Virus record (IMG/VR): IMGVR_UViG_3300034069_000634
Coordinates: 1 to 64,000 of that record
Strand: one strand, 5' to 3'
DNA length: 64,000 nt
Origin: a virus
Below, in pieces: positions 8,853-18,414 of this stretch. Under the pieces are notes generated by a model. That model searched no databases. It was not told the DNA's origin and saw only the letters and a list, made by a program, of their open reading frames with translations. Each line of letters opens with the position of its first letter. The stretch's first letter is position 1. The translations under genes and the position numbers were made by a program.

Positions 8853-9018
8853 GGTACGGGTTCCAATTTACGCCAGGGATCCTGAAACTCTCTGGTACAA
8901 AGTACCATTCCGCTCCTGGATTTATATTCTTATCTTCTTCTTCTAGAGAGAGAATATATGTAAGGATTAAAACCGGTAGAGTTTCAGGATCCCTGCCGTA
9001 AATTGGAACCCGTACCTC
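8851..9018 (+). repeat. long-stem AT-cored palindromic intergenic element, copy 1 (candidate structured RNA or MITE-like)
   Basis: The two arms pair over about 42 bp with one C/C mismatch. The core is about 75 nt and AT-rich, and there is no ORF. It shares conserved asymmetric blocks with the copies at 27670 and 50776. Confidence 0.85.
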
Positions 9019-9032
9019 GGGAGGAGATCGCG

Positions 9033-9431
9033 ATGAGGGTAAGAAAAGTCGACGAGAACGGAGACATGGTCTTCGGCGGCGATCAGGCGGCATTCCTCCG
9101 GAACTCTCCGGATGCGGTTGCCCAGATCGTCGAGAGCCGCCTCAATCTCTGGCAGGGCGAGTGGTATCTCGATCTCTCGGACGGGACGCCGTACGAGCAG
9201 AACGTCCTTGGTCGTTATACGGCGAACGTCCGTGACGCCGTCCTTCAGCGCCGGATTCTCACGACACCCGGCGTCGATGCGATCAAGACGTACTCCGGCT
9301 TCTTCGACACGACGAGCCCGCGGGACTACAGCGTTTCCGTCGAGCTAAAAACCGCGTATTCAAGGGGCGGTAGTGCCAGCGGTGCGCCGACTCCGGCGGT
9401 TTTGAACACCAAGGTCGAATTTGGACGCTAG
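9033..9431 (+). CDS. small baseplate wedge protein (gp25/W / Mu gp46 position)
   Basis: A GGGAGGAG SD precedes ATG 9033. The LNLWQGEWYLDLSDGTPY pattern is typical of small baseplate proteins encoded before Baseplate_J genes. Confidence 0.45.
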   Translation: MRVRKVDENGDMVFGGDQAAFLRNSPDAVAQIVESRLNLWQGEWYLDLSDGTPYEQNVLGRYTANVRDAVLQRRILTTPGVDAIKTYSGFFDTTSPRDYSVSVELKTAYSRGGSASGAPTPAVLNTKVEFGR

Positions 9432-9434
9432 CGC

Positions 9435-10631
9435 ATGGGCTCGACGCCAGTCCTTAGGATCACCGACGCCGGAGCGGCGAAGCCGACGCTCGCAGAGTGT
9501 CTCGCGTTCGTTCAATCCGCTTATCGAGGGATCTACGGCGCCGACACCTATCTCGGCAACGATAGCCAGGACGGGCAGTTCACGGCCCTTCTCGCCCAGG
9601 CGCTCGATGATGTTAACGGCGAGGCGCTGGCGACGTACAACGCCTATGCTCCGAGTTCGGCACAGGGCGCGGGGCTCTCCTCCGTCGTGAAGATCAACGG
9701 GATCCGACGTAAGGTCCCGACCTACTCGAAGGCCGACTTCCTTCACGTCGGCCGCGCGTTCACGATCGTCAAAGGCGGTCTCGTGACCGACCCGGCCGGT
9801 TATCAGTGGGCGTTTCCGGATTTCACGATCCCGACCTCGGGTCAGATTCTCGTCACCGGGACATGCACGACGATCGGCGCGATCGCGCTTGCCGCGAACG
9901 CCGTCGACACCGCGAACGGAGGTGGGCAGATCGCCACGATCCAGAACGGATGGCAATCCGCAATCAACCCGTCGGCCGCTGTCGTTGGTGCGCCGGTCGA
10001 GACCGATAGCCAGCTTCGCAGACGACAGGCCGCATCGGTTGCGCTTCCGTCCAGAACGATTCTCGGAGGCCTCGTCGGTGCTCTCCTTGCGGTCGAGAAC
10101 GTGACGCGAATCCGTGCCTATCAAAACGATACGAACGCACCCGATGCGAACGGGATTCCCGGGAAGGGAATTTCGATCGTTGTCGAAGGCGGCGACGCGA
10201 CGATGATCGCAACCCTCATCGCGTTGAAAAAAGGCGCTGCCGGGACATACGGATCGACCGTCGTTTCGATAACCGATGATGTCGGGATATCGCGCAATAT
10301 AAACTTCTTTCGTCCGACGATCATCCCGATCTCGTACGCGATGACGATCAAACCGCTTACGGGTTATACGAAGGACGTTGAGACGCAAATCCAGCAAAGC
10401 CTTGCGGACTGGACTTCTAGTCTTGGCATCGGGAACGGGATTCTCCTCTCTCGTGCTTATGCCCCGGCCGATCTCCCGGATTTCCCGACGGGAAACACAT
10501 TTGAAATTATTCCAAACTCGCTTACCGCCGCGCGAGACGGACGCCCGACGACTGCTTCAGATGTCGTTCTCGCGTTCAATGAAGCACCTGTCTGCGTCCC
10601 GTCGAGCGTGGCAATCTCGTATACGACATGA
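9435..10631 (+). CDS. baseplate J-like protein
   Basis: 398 aa, with size, position and general sequence character matching Baseplate_J family proteins. Confidence 0.6.
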   Translation: MGSTPVLRITDAGAAKPTLAECLAFVQSAYRGIYGADTYLGNDSQDGQFTALLAQALDDVNGEALATYNAYAPSSAQGAGLSSVVKINGIRRKVPTYSKADFLHVGRAFTIVKGGLVTDPAGYQWAFPDFTIPTSGQILVTGTCTTIGAIALAANAVDTANGGGQIATIQNGWQSAINPSAAVVGAPVETDSQLRRRQAASVALPSRTILGGLVGALLAVENVTRIRAYQNDTNAPDANGIPGKGISIVVEGGDATMIATLIALKKGAAGTYGSTVVSITDDVGISRNINFFRPTIIPISYAMTIKPLTGYTKDVETQIQQSLADWTSSLGIGNGILLSRAYAPADLPDFPTGNTFEIIPNSLTAARDGRPTTASDVVLAFNEAPVCVPSSVAISYTT

Positions 10632-11434
10632 CGTATTCCGTTCAGTCTTACATAGACAAAATTACATCTTGGCAGGCCAAGCCCATCAAGGCGCGGTTTC
10701 TTGCGACCGTCTCGGTGAATGTTTCACCGTATTCAGATTCGCAGGCCACTGTTGCGAGTTTTCCTCAACTATTTGATATCGATGACGCAGTCGGTGACCA
10801 ACTTGATAAAACGGGGGAATGGATCGGTCAGAGTCGCGGAGTACCGATAAAACTTCCGAATTTGTATTTCTCGGCCGACATTGCCGGGCTTGGTGCCGAC
10901 GAAGGATATGCCTCTCAGCCGTTCGATTCTGGGTATAGCACTTCGTATCTCCCCGATCCGTATTATCGAAAGCTTCTTTACGCGAAAATTCTCGCCAATA
11001 ACTGGGATGGAACCATTCCAGGGCTGCTCTCGATAATGCGGACCTACTTCGACGATCCGGAAACTCTCGTTTTTATCGACGACAAGAGCGGGAATGCGTC
11101 TCCGCCGCTGTTCTTTGCGGCGGACGACCCGGCGGCGGGCGCCGATCTCGGAGCAGGGTATCCGGGCGGCGCGGCCGGTGCCCCGGTCGCATCTTTCTCG
11201 ATGCAGTGGCTTGTCGCCTTTGCCGGTAAAATCCCGACTCTTGCAGACCTTGCGCTCCTCACCGCCGGGATCCTTCCGGTCAAGCCGATGGGCGCCGACG
11301 TTCGAACGCTCGTGACGACCGTCGATGGCGCTCCGTTGTTCGGAGCCGACATGGACAATGCCTTCGTATCCGGCGCCGATGTCGGAGCGGCCGATAACAC
11401 CCCCGCCTTCGTATCGAGCCTGATCGAGTCGTAA
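10628..11434 (+). CDS. baseplate/tail protein (DUF2612-like, gpI position)
   Basis: 268 aa, ATGA-coupled to the J-like gene. The family call is from memory. Confidence 0.4.
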   Translation: MTYSVQSYIDKITSWQAKPIKARFLATVSVNVSPYSDSQATVASFPQLFDIDDAVGDQLDKTGEWIGQSRGVPIKLPNLYFSADIAGLGADEGYASQPFDSGYSTSYLPDPYYRKLLYAKILANNWDGTIPGLLSIMRTYFDDPETLVFIDDKSGNASPPLFFAADDPAAGADLGAGYPGGAAGAPVASFSMQWLVAFAGKIPTLADLALLTAGILPVKPMGADVRTLVTTVDGAPLFGADMDNAFVSGADVGAADNTPAFVSSLIES

Positions 11435-11503
11435 ATACGCTTCTGTTTACCCTGTCGTCGCTGTCGGGCTATATCTGTCAGGATCTTCGAACGGAATTGG
11501 CGC

Positions 11504-12877
11504 ATGTCCACGAACAAGATTTTGCCGTTCGGCATTGGAACAGGGGCGAACGCCTGGGATGATACCGTCTATGACGGGTCCGATCAGCAGCAGACGGGAA
11601 TCCAGAAAGGGATCGTTCCGTCGGGGCTGATGACGAAGGCGTGGAGACAGGCGACTGTCCCGGCGAGCGCGCTTGGACAGATCATTGTCGACCATGGCCT
11701 CGTCGATGCGACGGACGACAGTGCGGCAAATTTCAAAGCCAATTTCCGGATGGCCCTCGCGGCTATGCTGGCGAGCGCGCCGTTCGCCGTCGACCAGTCC
11801 ACGACGGCAAATATCATTACCGCCTCGCTCGATCCCGCACCGCCAACGATCTCGATATATCGCGGTGTATTCATCCGCGTCGCCAACACGAACACGGGTC
11901 CGGTGACTTTTTCTCTAAACGCTCTGGGATCCAGGGCGGTCGTGAAAAAGGATGGATCGCCTCTCGTTGCGAAAGATCTAAAAGGCGGTCAATTTGCACA
12001 TTTCATCTATGATCTTCTGTCGGGACAATGGGTTCTCGCGAGTCTCGCCCCGTCGGATCTGATCCCGATCATCGCCGCGAACGCCATTACGCCTGCAACT
12101 GCGAACGTCACGGTCTACGTCTATCCGTCCGGAAACGATACGACGGGCGATGGGTCGATGGCTTCGCCCTTCGCGACCATCGCGCGAGCGGTTCAATACG
12201 GCACTTCACGATACAGCTTCGCCGGATTCCGCCTGATCGTTCAATTGTCGCCCGGCACCTATGCGTCGCCCGGCCCGATTATCGGGGTTCCCAACCTTAC
12301 GATCCAGGGCGATCTCACAGGCTCGAACATCGGCGCGTATACGATATCGGGATCTGGATCACCGGGGTCATTTCTGATCGGCCCTTCGAGCGGCGTTCAG
12401 ATGAATCTGAGCGGTGTTCAGGTCATCAATACCGGTACGACCGCCGGCAACGTCGCGGCGATCCAGGGCGGTTCCATCGTCCTCACTTACGTCGTTCTTG
12501 GAGCGACGGTCGCCGCAACGTCGAACGTTCTCGTCGCTGCGAACGGAGGCGGCACCGTAACGGTAGGAGCCGGTTGTCAGATCGGCAACGTCAATTTTGG
12601 TTCTGCGTTCTCGGCCGGTACGGGTGGGGGCATTACCTTGACCAGTAGCCTCGCGATCGGAGGAGCGCCGAACTTCGCTCAAGCCTTCGTATTCGCGACG
12701 ACCGGTGGATCTTGGACGACGCTCAATGGCTCGACCTTCACGGGTGCGGTTTCATCCGTGACCGGTCCGAGATACCTTCAAAACCTGTTCGGGACGATCA
12801 ACACCGGAGGCGCAGGAACGAACTACTTCCCCGGCAATGCCGCGGGATCCGCCGCGCAGGCCGCCGCGTACGTCTAA
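11504..12877 (+). CDS. tail fibre protein
   Basis: 457 aa. The N-terminus (KILPFGIGTGANAWDD..) resembles conserved fibre N-termini. The C-terminal half is Gly/Thr/Ala-rich and looks like a beta-helix. Confidence 0.55.
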   Translation: MSTNKILPFGIGTGANAWDDTVYDGSDQQQTGIQKGIVPSGLMTKAWRQATVPASALGQIIVDHGLVDATDDSAANFKANFRMALAAMLASAPFAVDQSTTANIITASLDPAPPTISIYRGVFIRVANTNTGPVTFSLNALGSRAVVKKDGSPLVAKDLKGGQFAHFIYDLLSGQWVLASLAPSDLIPIIAANAITPATANVTVYVYPSGNDTTGDGSMASPFATIARAVQYGTSRYSFAGFRLIVQLSPGTYASPGPIIGVPNLTIQGDLTGSNIGAYTISGSGSPGSFLIGPSSGVQMNLSGVQVINTGTTAGNVAAIQGGSIVLTYVVLGATVAATSNVLVAANGGGTVTVGAGCQIGNVNFGSAFSAGTGGGITLTSSLAIGGAPNFAQAFVFATTGGSWTTLNGSTFTGAVSSVTGPRYLQNLFGTINTGGAGTNYFPGNAAGSAAQAAAYV

Positions 12878-12883
12878 ATCGGT

Positions 12884-13288
12884 TTGAGCCTCGTGACCCA
12901 AATCCTGAACCTACCTCTCCTTACGTTTCCGGCGATGATCTTCAACAATGAAGATTGGACCGATTCATGGGATTATGAAGACGCCTCTTTGAGCCCGATC
13001 TCTCTACAGGGCCTGACTTTGATCATGATGGTTCGTAAGACGGCGGGCGATACCAACATCGAACTTGCGGCGGCGAATGATTCGTCTATCGATTTTGGCT
13101 CTGTTCCGACCGGTGTTATTGCGACAGGTGGAACGGGTCTCAATGTTCTCGCTCTCGCCATTTCAAAGGGGGTGATAAAAAACCTTGAAGCGGGTCCCTA
13201 TGTCTTCGAGGTCCAAGCGACCGGAGACGGGATTACTCGAACGATCGCGAACGGTCCTCTGACTGTCAATCAAGGCGTCATTCGATGA
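12884..13288 (+). CDS. hypothetical protein (fibre-associated)
   Basis: 134-aa ORF. The start is uncertain (TTG 12884 or GTG 12893). It is ATGA-coupled to the next gene. Confidence 0.4.
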   Translation: MSLVTQILNLPLLTFPAMIFNNEDWTDSWDYEDASLSPISLQGLTLIMMVRKTAGDTNIELAAANDSSIDFGSVPTGVIATGGTGLNVLALAISKGVIKNLEAGPYVFEVQATGDGITRTIANGPLTVNQGVIR

Positions 13289-15135
13289 TTGGTCCCATCG
13301 TCGTCAGCCGCCCAGCCGCTCAAGGCGTTGCGCCCGGCATATCGCTTCCGGCCGGACCGCGCGGTCCGCAAGGGATCCCGGGTCCGGTCGGCCCCGTATC
13401 GACCACGCCAGGGCCGGTTGGACCGCGCGGAGAACAAGGGGCCCAAGGGCTTCAAGGCGTCCCCGGGGCCGGCAATACCGGTGCGTTGACGGCGAGCACA
13501 AATATCCCGGCCTCGACATTTGTTGTCGACAATGGGGACGGAACCTGTTCCATCGCGGATCCGAATAATGTCGCGCATATGGGGCGGGTGACGGGGCTTG
13601 TCGCGACCGCTACGACTGCCGGCTCCCTTGCGGTTTATCAGGCGTCCGGGTCCGCCGCTGATGTTTCCGGCACGTTTTCCGCGACGGACTCAACGCTTTG
13701 GATCGGGGACGGCACGAGCGGACGCCTCGGCTCTATCGTCAACGTGGCGCCCGCCGCCTCGACGGCAGCATGGCGCCAGCCCGTCGGATCCCCGACCTCT
13801 GCGTCGAAGATCGTTCTGCTGCTCGCACCTCCCTACGCGCTGCCGCGCTCGTCCGTCACACTCATCGCGTCGAGCGGCGGCTATCTGATCCCGACATCGG
13901 CTGCGCGCTCCGCGATCACGCAAGGTGATGCCTCCGGCCTGACTGTCGCCCTAAATGGGCTGGCCCCGACCCTTCCGAGTGCCATCGCCGCTGCGGGTCA
14001 AAAGATCTTCGGGATTGCGGGAGCGCTTCAGCTTACGACGCCGGCTGGGTCCGGAGCCGGTACGCAGAATAAATACTGGTATGGCGGGTACATCGTACCG
14101 GCCGATCAGGTCAGTCAGATCGGAAGTCCGGACGGCGTCATTGGTTCGAAAGTCGTCGGATTTAACATCCTCCACAACTTTGGAGGCTCAGGGGCGAGAG
14201 GCGGTCGTCACGCGGGAGAGTTCAACACTGTCCACACGGCTCCGACAGCTTCGGACAATCCGGATCGCAATTATGTCGGCGCTCAAGGACAAGTTATTTC
14301 TATCGCTGGTGACGGCGGTACGAGCGCGAGCGATCTTCGCGGACAATATTTCGGCCTGTCTGCTTCGACGATTATTCAATCCGGCGCAAAATGGGTCTAC
14401 AACGCGACGGGAGAAGAACTTAATCTTGTTCTCTTAGCGGGATCGAGCGTTGGAATAGCCTGCTCGCAGCAGCTTGTCGACACGCTCCAGACGCGCGGAA
14501 TGCTCGTCGATGCGTTTCAAGTCTGGTCTTGCGCGGCAGGGTCGACCACGACGCACAGGGCCGGGATCTTCGCTGGCGGTTCGAACGGCGCTCCTGCTTT
14601 GGGGTCCGATAGTGATTTTGCCTATATCGCCTCAGGCGCGATCCCGACGATCTCGACATTTCTTAACGCCCCTGGAGTCCATTTCCTCGATTCGATCATT
14701 CGAACGGATTATACGATCCTCGGTGAGGGTGTCCTTCAACTCGCGAAAGCCAACGCAGTCTTGTCCTTGGGATCGGCCAGTTCTGCGAGCACTCCGGCGA
14801 TCAATCTTTCGTCCTCCGGAAATGGTATCGTCGATGCACAAATCATCGCTTCCGGAGGCGGAACATCGGCGAACCAAGGAAACCTCACTTTTGCGGCCGG
14901 GATGCTTCTCGTTCCGACTGCACGCCCTGGCGCTCAGTATGGGTCGAATCTGGGTGCGCCGGGGTACGAGTTCGGCGTCGGCTACCTCCGCGATCTCGTC
15001 CTGCGCCCGTCCCCGTCTCTCGCGCCGGGCGCCCCTGGCCAGCTCACGATCACGTCGCCCACCAATACGACATTACGCTTTCAGTTTATGGGCGCGGATA
15101 GCGTCGTACGCAGCGCTACACTCACGCTATCCTGA
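13285..15135 (+). CDS. tail fibre with N-terminal collagen-like repeat
   Basis: 616 aa. A Gly-X-Y run (GPRGPQGIPGPVGP..GPRGEQGAQGLQGVPG) lies near 13345-13480. Confidence 0.6.
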   Translation: MIGPIVVSRPAAQGVAPGISLPAGPRGPQGIPGPVGPVSTTPGPVGPRGEQGAQGLQGVPGAGNTGALTASTNIPASTFVVDNGDGTCSIADPNNVAHMGRVTGLVATATTAGSLAVYQASGSAADVSGTFSATDSTLWIGDGTSGRLGSIVNVAPAASTAAWRQPVGSPTSASKIVLLLAPPYALPRSSVTLIASSGGYLIPTSAARSAITQGDASGLTVALNGLAPTLPSAIAAAGQKIFGIAGALQLTTPAGSGAGTQNKYWYGGYIVPADQVSQIGSPDGVIGSKVVGFNILHNFGGSGARGGRHAGEFNTVHTAPTASDNPDRNYVGAQGQVISIAGDGGTSASDLRGQYFGLSASTIIQSGAKWVYNATGEELNLVLLAGSSVGIACSQQLVDTLQTRGMLVDAFQVWSCAAGSTTTHRAGIFAGGSNGAPALGSDSDFAYIASGAIPTISTFLNAPGVHFLDSIIRTDYTILGEGVLQLAKANAVLSLGSASSASTPAINLSSSGNGIVDAQIIASGGGTSANQGNLTFAAGMLLVPTARPGAQYGSNLGAPGYEFGVGYLRDLVLRPSPSLAPGAPGQLTITSPTNTTLRFQFMGADSVVRSATLTLS

Positions 15136-15158
15136 TTTCCAGCCATGGTCAGATCTCA

Positions 15159-15335
15159 ATGAAAACCGTCACCCTGACGCTTCCCGAGGAAGACATTTTC
15201 GCCATCGCGTCGGCGCTCGCGGAGCTGCCCTATCGGGTTTCTGCGCCCATCATCGCACGCCTGCAAGCGCAGCTTTCCGGCGAAGCACAAGGTGAAGCAA
15301 GTCACTCGGTAACGGAGTCTGACCATGCCGACTGA
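15159..15335 (+). CDS. small hypothetical protein (58 aa)
   Basis: Below the ORF-track cutoff. It overlaps the start of the next ORF (ATGCCGACTGA). Confidence 0.3.
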   Translation: MKTVTLTLPEEDIFAIASALAELPYRVSAPIIARLQAQLSGEAQGEASHSVTESDHAD

Positions 15336-15546
15336 TGCCGCCCTGATCCAGGTGGACGTCGGCGGGGCGCGGGTTGCACAGGATCCCGCGACGATCGTCA
15401 CCGCGGCGCTTCCCTATGCGACCGTGACTATGCCGGACGGATCTCAGATCTTGTGGCCGAACGCGCTGAGCCTTCTTCAGTCCGGAAATGTCACGTCGGA
15501 TGACGCTTACTTCCTTTCGCTCTTCGCCGTTGAGGCCGCGACATGA
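15325..15546 (+). CDS. hypothetical protein
   Basis: 73-aa ORF, ATGA-coupled to the downstream gene. Confidence 0.4.
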   Translation: MPTDAALIQVDVGGARVAQDPATIVTAALPYATVTMPDGSQILWPNALSLLQSGNVTSDDAYFLSLFAVEAAT

Positions 15547-16547
15547 TCCTCTCGACGGGCTACACTTTCACGCCGGGAGCTTCGGGATCCGGCACGATCA
15601 ACTTTTCGGGCGTCGCCAGCTTCAATCCGAGCCAGCTTCTCGGCGTTAAGCATATTCCGAGCGGAAAGACGTTGTATGCGCCGTTGACGAGCGCCCGCGG
15701 GACGTTTTCGGGCAGCACGTTGACGCTTTCCGTCGATACGTCGGCGATGAACGCGAGCGATCTGCTGCTCGTCTCATACGGATCAAACGCTCTCGGCGCT
15801 CCGTCCGATAGCTCGGCGTCTTCCGACACAGGCGCATTCAGCCTCGTAGCCTTAAAGAAGCGCGGGCTCGTGAACTGGACGACGCTGCTCGGGCGCGTGC
15901 CCGGTACGGTCGCCCAAGACGGCGCAGATCCCGCTTCACCTTCCGTCGCGAACCAAGGCACCGGCATTCGCGGTTGGCTCGCCACGATAGCAGCACTCCT
16001 CCGCCTCGGCACTCAGACGAGTGCGAATTCGGCTTCGGTCGTCATCGCGACTGATCTGACGAATTTGGAGCCGGCGGGCGCCAAGATCACGGCGGCAGCG
16101 ATGCCGGCCGGCGGCGTCGGCCTTACCGGTTGGCTGTCGGCGATCTGGTACGCGCTCACAAGCGGTCTGGTGCTCGGCGTCAGCACCAACATCATCGGCC
16201 GCATCGCCGCCGGCACGGCCTACACTGAGAGCACCGCCGCTCTTGGCGCGGCGGGCACCTTTGCCGGCGCCTCTCGCAATACCGGTTACGGCCAGAACGT
16301 GCAGACGGCCTTCGCCTACTTCACAGGCGTCGCCTTCGCGGATCAAACGGGCACGCTGTTTGTCGAGACCTCGCCGGACGGTACGAACTGGTACGCGATG
16401 AATGGGACGGCCGGGACCGCTGTTGCGGCCGGCGCGACCGTGATCGTGAAGGTGCCCGCCGCAATCAACCTCATGCGGGTCCGCTACACCAACGGCGGCA
16501 CCGCGCAGACCAAGTTCCTGCTCACCAGCATGTTCTCGGTCTCTTAA
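15543..16547 (+). CDS. structural / fibre-like protein
   Basis: 334 aa, Ala/Gly/Thr/Ser-rich, the last gene of the fibre block. Confidence 0.45.
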   Translation: MILSTGYTFTPGASGSGTINFSGVASFNPSQLLGVKHIPSGKTLYAPLTSARGTFSGSTLTLSVDTSAMNASDLLLVSYGSNALGAPSDSSASSDTGAFSLVALKKRGLVNWTTLLGRVPGTVAQDGADPASPSVANQGTGIRGWLATIAALLRLGTQTSANSASVVIATDLTNLEPAGAKITAAAMPAGGVGLTGWLSAIWYALTSGLVLGVSTNIIGRIAAGTAYTESTAALGAAGTFAGASRNTGYGQNVQTAFAYFTGVAFADQTGTLFVETSPDGTNWYAMNGTAGTAVAAGATVIVKVPAAINLMRVRYTNGGTAQTKFLLTSMFSVS

Positions 16548-16640
16548 TGCGTCATTAAGTGCCCTCGGAATCAAATCTGTTTCCCGAATAGAAAAGCGGG
16601 TATATTGATCGATTAGAATCCGATCCCGGGAAAATCAGAA

Positions 16641-17195
16641 ATGGCCGACCGATTCTCACAAGTGGTGTCCGCGTACGGCCCGCGTCTCGAAAAGGAGTTT
16701 GGATTCACGGTCGTCCAAGCGTCCGGGTTCTGGGGAAATTTCGCACGCGAAACCGGCGAATTTAAGCATTATCAGGAGATCGGTAGCACCGCGAACACAG
16801 GCGGTCGCGGATGGGCGCAATGGACCGGACCGCGTCGAGTTGCTTTTCTCGGATACTGCGCGGCGCATAAGATAGACCCAAAAGCGGACGAGTCGTCGTT
16901 CTCTTACGTTCTCGTCGAGCTTCACGGCGCGTATAAATCTGTCGTGACGGCCGTCAAGAAGTGCAAGACGATTGAGAACGCGACGACGACAGTCGAGAAG
17001 CTCTACGAGGGCGCGGGTGTTAAGGCGATGAGCCAGCGGGTCGCCCTCGCACATAAGGCATACACGATTCGAACTGGAGCGCCTGCAACCCCGGCTCCCA
17101 AGCCGGTTGCAAAGCCGAAGGCCGCGGCCAAGTCAGCCACTAAGAAAGCGACTGTCCTCGCCCGCAAGGCCCGGCCAAAGCGGCGCCGCGCGTGA
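16641..17195 (+). CDS. phage lysozyme-like muralytic enzyme (candidate endolysin)
   Basis: GGRGWAQWTGPRR plus surrounding sequence resembles the 'phage tail lysozyme' family. The C-terminal tail is Lys/Ala/Pro-rich. Confidence 0.55.
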   Translation: MADRFSQVVSAYGPRLEKEFGFTVVQASGFWGNFARETGEFKHYQEIGSTANTGGRGWAQWTGPRRVAFLGYCAAHKIDPKADESSFSYVLVELHGAYKSVVTAVKKCKTIENATTTVEKLYEGAGVKAMSQRVALAHKAYTIRTGAPATPAPKPVAKPKAAAKSATKKATVLARKARPKRRRA

Positions 17196-17325
17196 CCTTC
17201 TCCGTGGGCCGAGACGAGAAGGTGGAAGCGTGGTGCGTCGTGGCGTATCTCTTCGGCTCGATATGTTGGGTCGGTGGCATTCTCGTTTTCTGTTTGACCA
17301 TCATAACCGCTGGAAGGATCTGACG

Positions 17326-17832
17326 ATGAAGACCGTAAACCTCCTTCGCCTTACCCTGCTCGTCGGTCTCGGCGCTTCGCTCGGGGCCTGTAACCTGACC
17401 TCCGCCGAGACTGCGGCCCAGGCCGCCGTCAACCCGGCTGCGATCGCCGTCGGCTCCGTTACCGGCCCGAACCTGACCGCCCTCGGGATCGATCCAGTGA
17501 AGGCCGAGGCGTTCGCCACGAAGGTCCAAGCGACCGCGACCAAGGCCTGCGCGTTCGAGCCGAGCGTCGAGGGTATCGCCGCGCTCGTCGCTGCCGCCTA
17601 CCCGCCGGCCGCGTCCGTGATTTCGATCACCAAGATCGCCGGCCTCGCCTGCACGGCCTACAAGAATCGGATCGCCGTCAATTCGACCGCGACCTATTCC
17701 GCGCTCGACGAGAAGAAGAAGCCGGAAACCGTGAAGCCGCCGGCCAAGCCCGAGCCGAAGCCCGGCGAGGAGGTCGAGGGCGTCGTCAACGTGAACGGGA
17801 AGATGATCGTCGTCCCCGGCGTGAAGAAGTGA
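17326..17832 (+). CDS. lipoprotein
   Basis: A GGAAGGA SD is present. MKTVNLLRLTLLVGLGASLGAC forms a signal peptide with a lipobox Cys. Confidence 0.6.
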   Translation: MKTVNLLRLTLLVGLGASLGACNLTSAETAAQAAVNPAAIAVGSVTGPNLTALGIDPVKAEAFATKVQATATKACAFEPSVEGIAALVAAAYPPAASVISITKIAGLACTAYKNRIAVNSTATYSALDEKKKPETVKPPAKPEPKPGEEVEGVVNVNGKMIVVPGVKK

Positions 17833-17839
17833 GGTCACT

Positions 17840-18073
17840 ATGGCTCGGAAATACGCGATCAAGTTTCCATACGAGGTGAGCGGCGTCCTGGGCGCCGGGG
17901 TCAGCATGGCGCTGAACTCGAAAGAAGTTCACGACGCGCTCCCTCGTCTGAAGCCGGCCGTCGTCACGAAGCTGCGCGCTTGCAGCTTCTGGCATACCGT
18001 GTCGTTCACGAAAGCCGACTTCGACAGTCTCCCGGATGACCTCTGGGCGAAGCTCGCTCCCCATATCGGATAA
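17840..18073 (+). CDS. hypothetical protein
   Basis: 77-aa ORF with a GAGG SD. Confidence 0.4.
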   Translation: MARKYAIKFPYEVSGVLGAGVSMALNSKEVHDALPRLKPAVVTKLRACSFWHTVSFTKADFDSLPDDLWAKLAPHIG

Positions 18074-18078
18074 CGGCG

Positions 18079-18414
18079 ATGGCACCCACGAACGCTCAGA
18101 CCCTGGCTTCCGTCCGGATCCTGCTCCTCGTCTTCCTGACGTGGCTCGGGAATCACGGCTACAGCAATGCGAAGGATCTCGCGACCTTCACCGACCCGGC
18201 AGTAATCGAGGCGTTCGTCAGCCTAATCGGCCTCGTCGCGACCGCGGCCTGGGGCGTGTTGTCCTGGCGCCCGCATGGAGTGATCAAGAGCGCGAACAGT
18301 CTCGAACAAGTCGACGCGGTCGTCGTCAAGCCTAAGACCGCAAGCGAGATCAACACGCCCGGCGTCGTTTCGTCGCTGACGGGCGTCGGTCCTTCGAGCG
18401 CGTCCACAAACTAG
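18079..18414 (+). CDS. membrane protein, holin-like
   Basis: 111 aa with two hydrophobic segments, located near the lysozyme gene. Confidence 0.4.
   Translation: MAPTNAQTLASVRILLLVFLTWLGNHGYSNAKDLATFTDPAVIEAFVSLIGLVATAAWGVLSWRPHGVIKSANSLEQVDAVVVKPKTASEINTPGVVSSLTGVGPSSASTN

Noticed and set aside
8851-9018. The AT-cored elements, considered as mini-CRISPR arrays (repeat-spacer-repeat).
   Set aside because: The two arms are inverted, not direct. There is only one 'spacer' per locus, and no cas genes are in the window. The repeat-mimic idea is kept only as a low-confidence hypothesis.
16581-16612. Partial, reverse-oriented copy of the promoter 12-mer (CCGCTTTTCTATT on the - strand) and a TTTCCC-N15-TATATT promoter-like string upstream of the lysozyme gene.
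   Set aside because: It has several mismatches to the 12-mer, and the orientation would drive antisense transcription. The + strand -35/-10 guess is weak. I did not call it as a feature.
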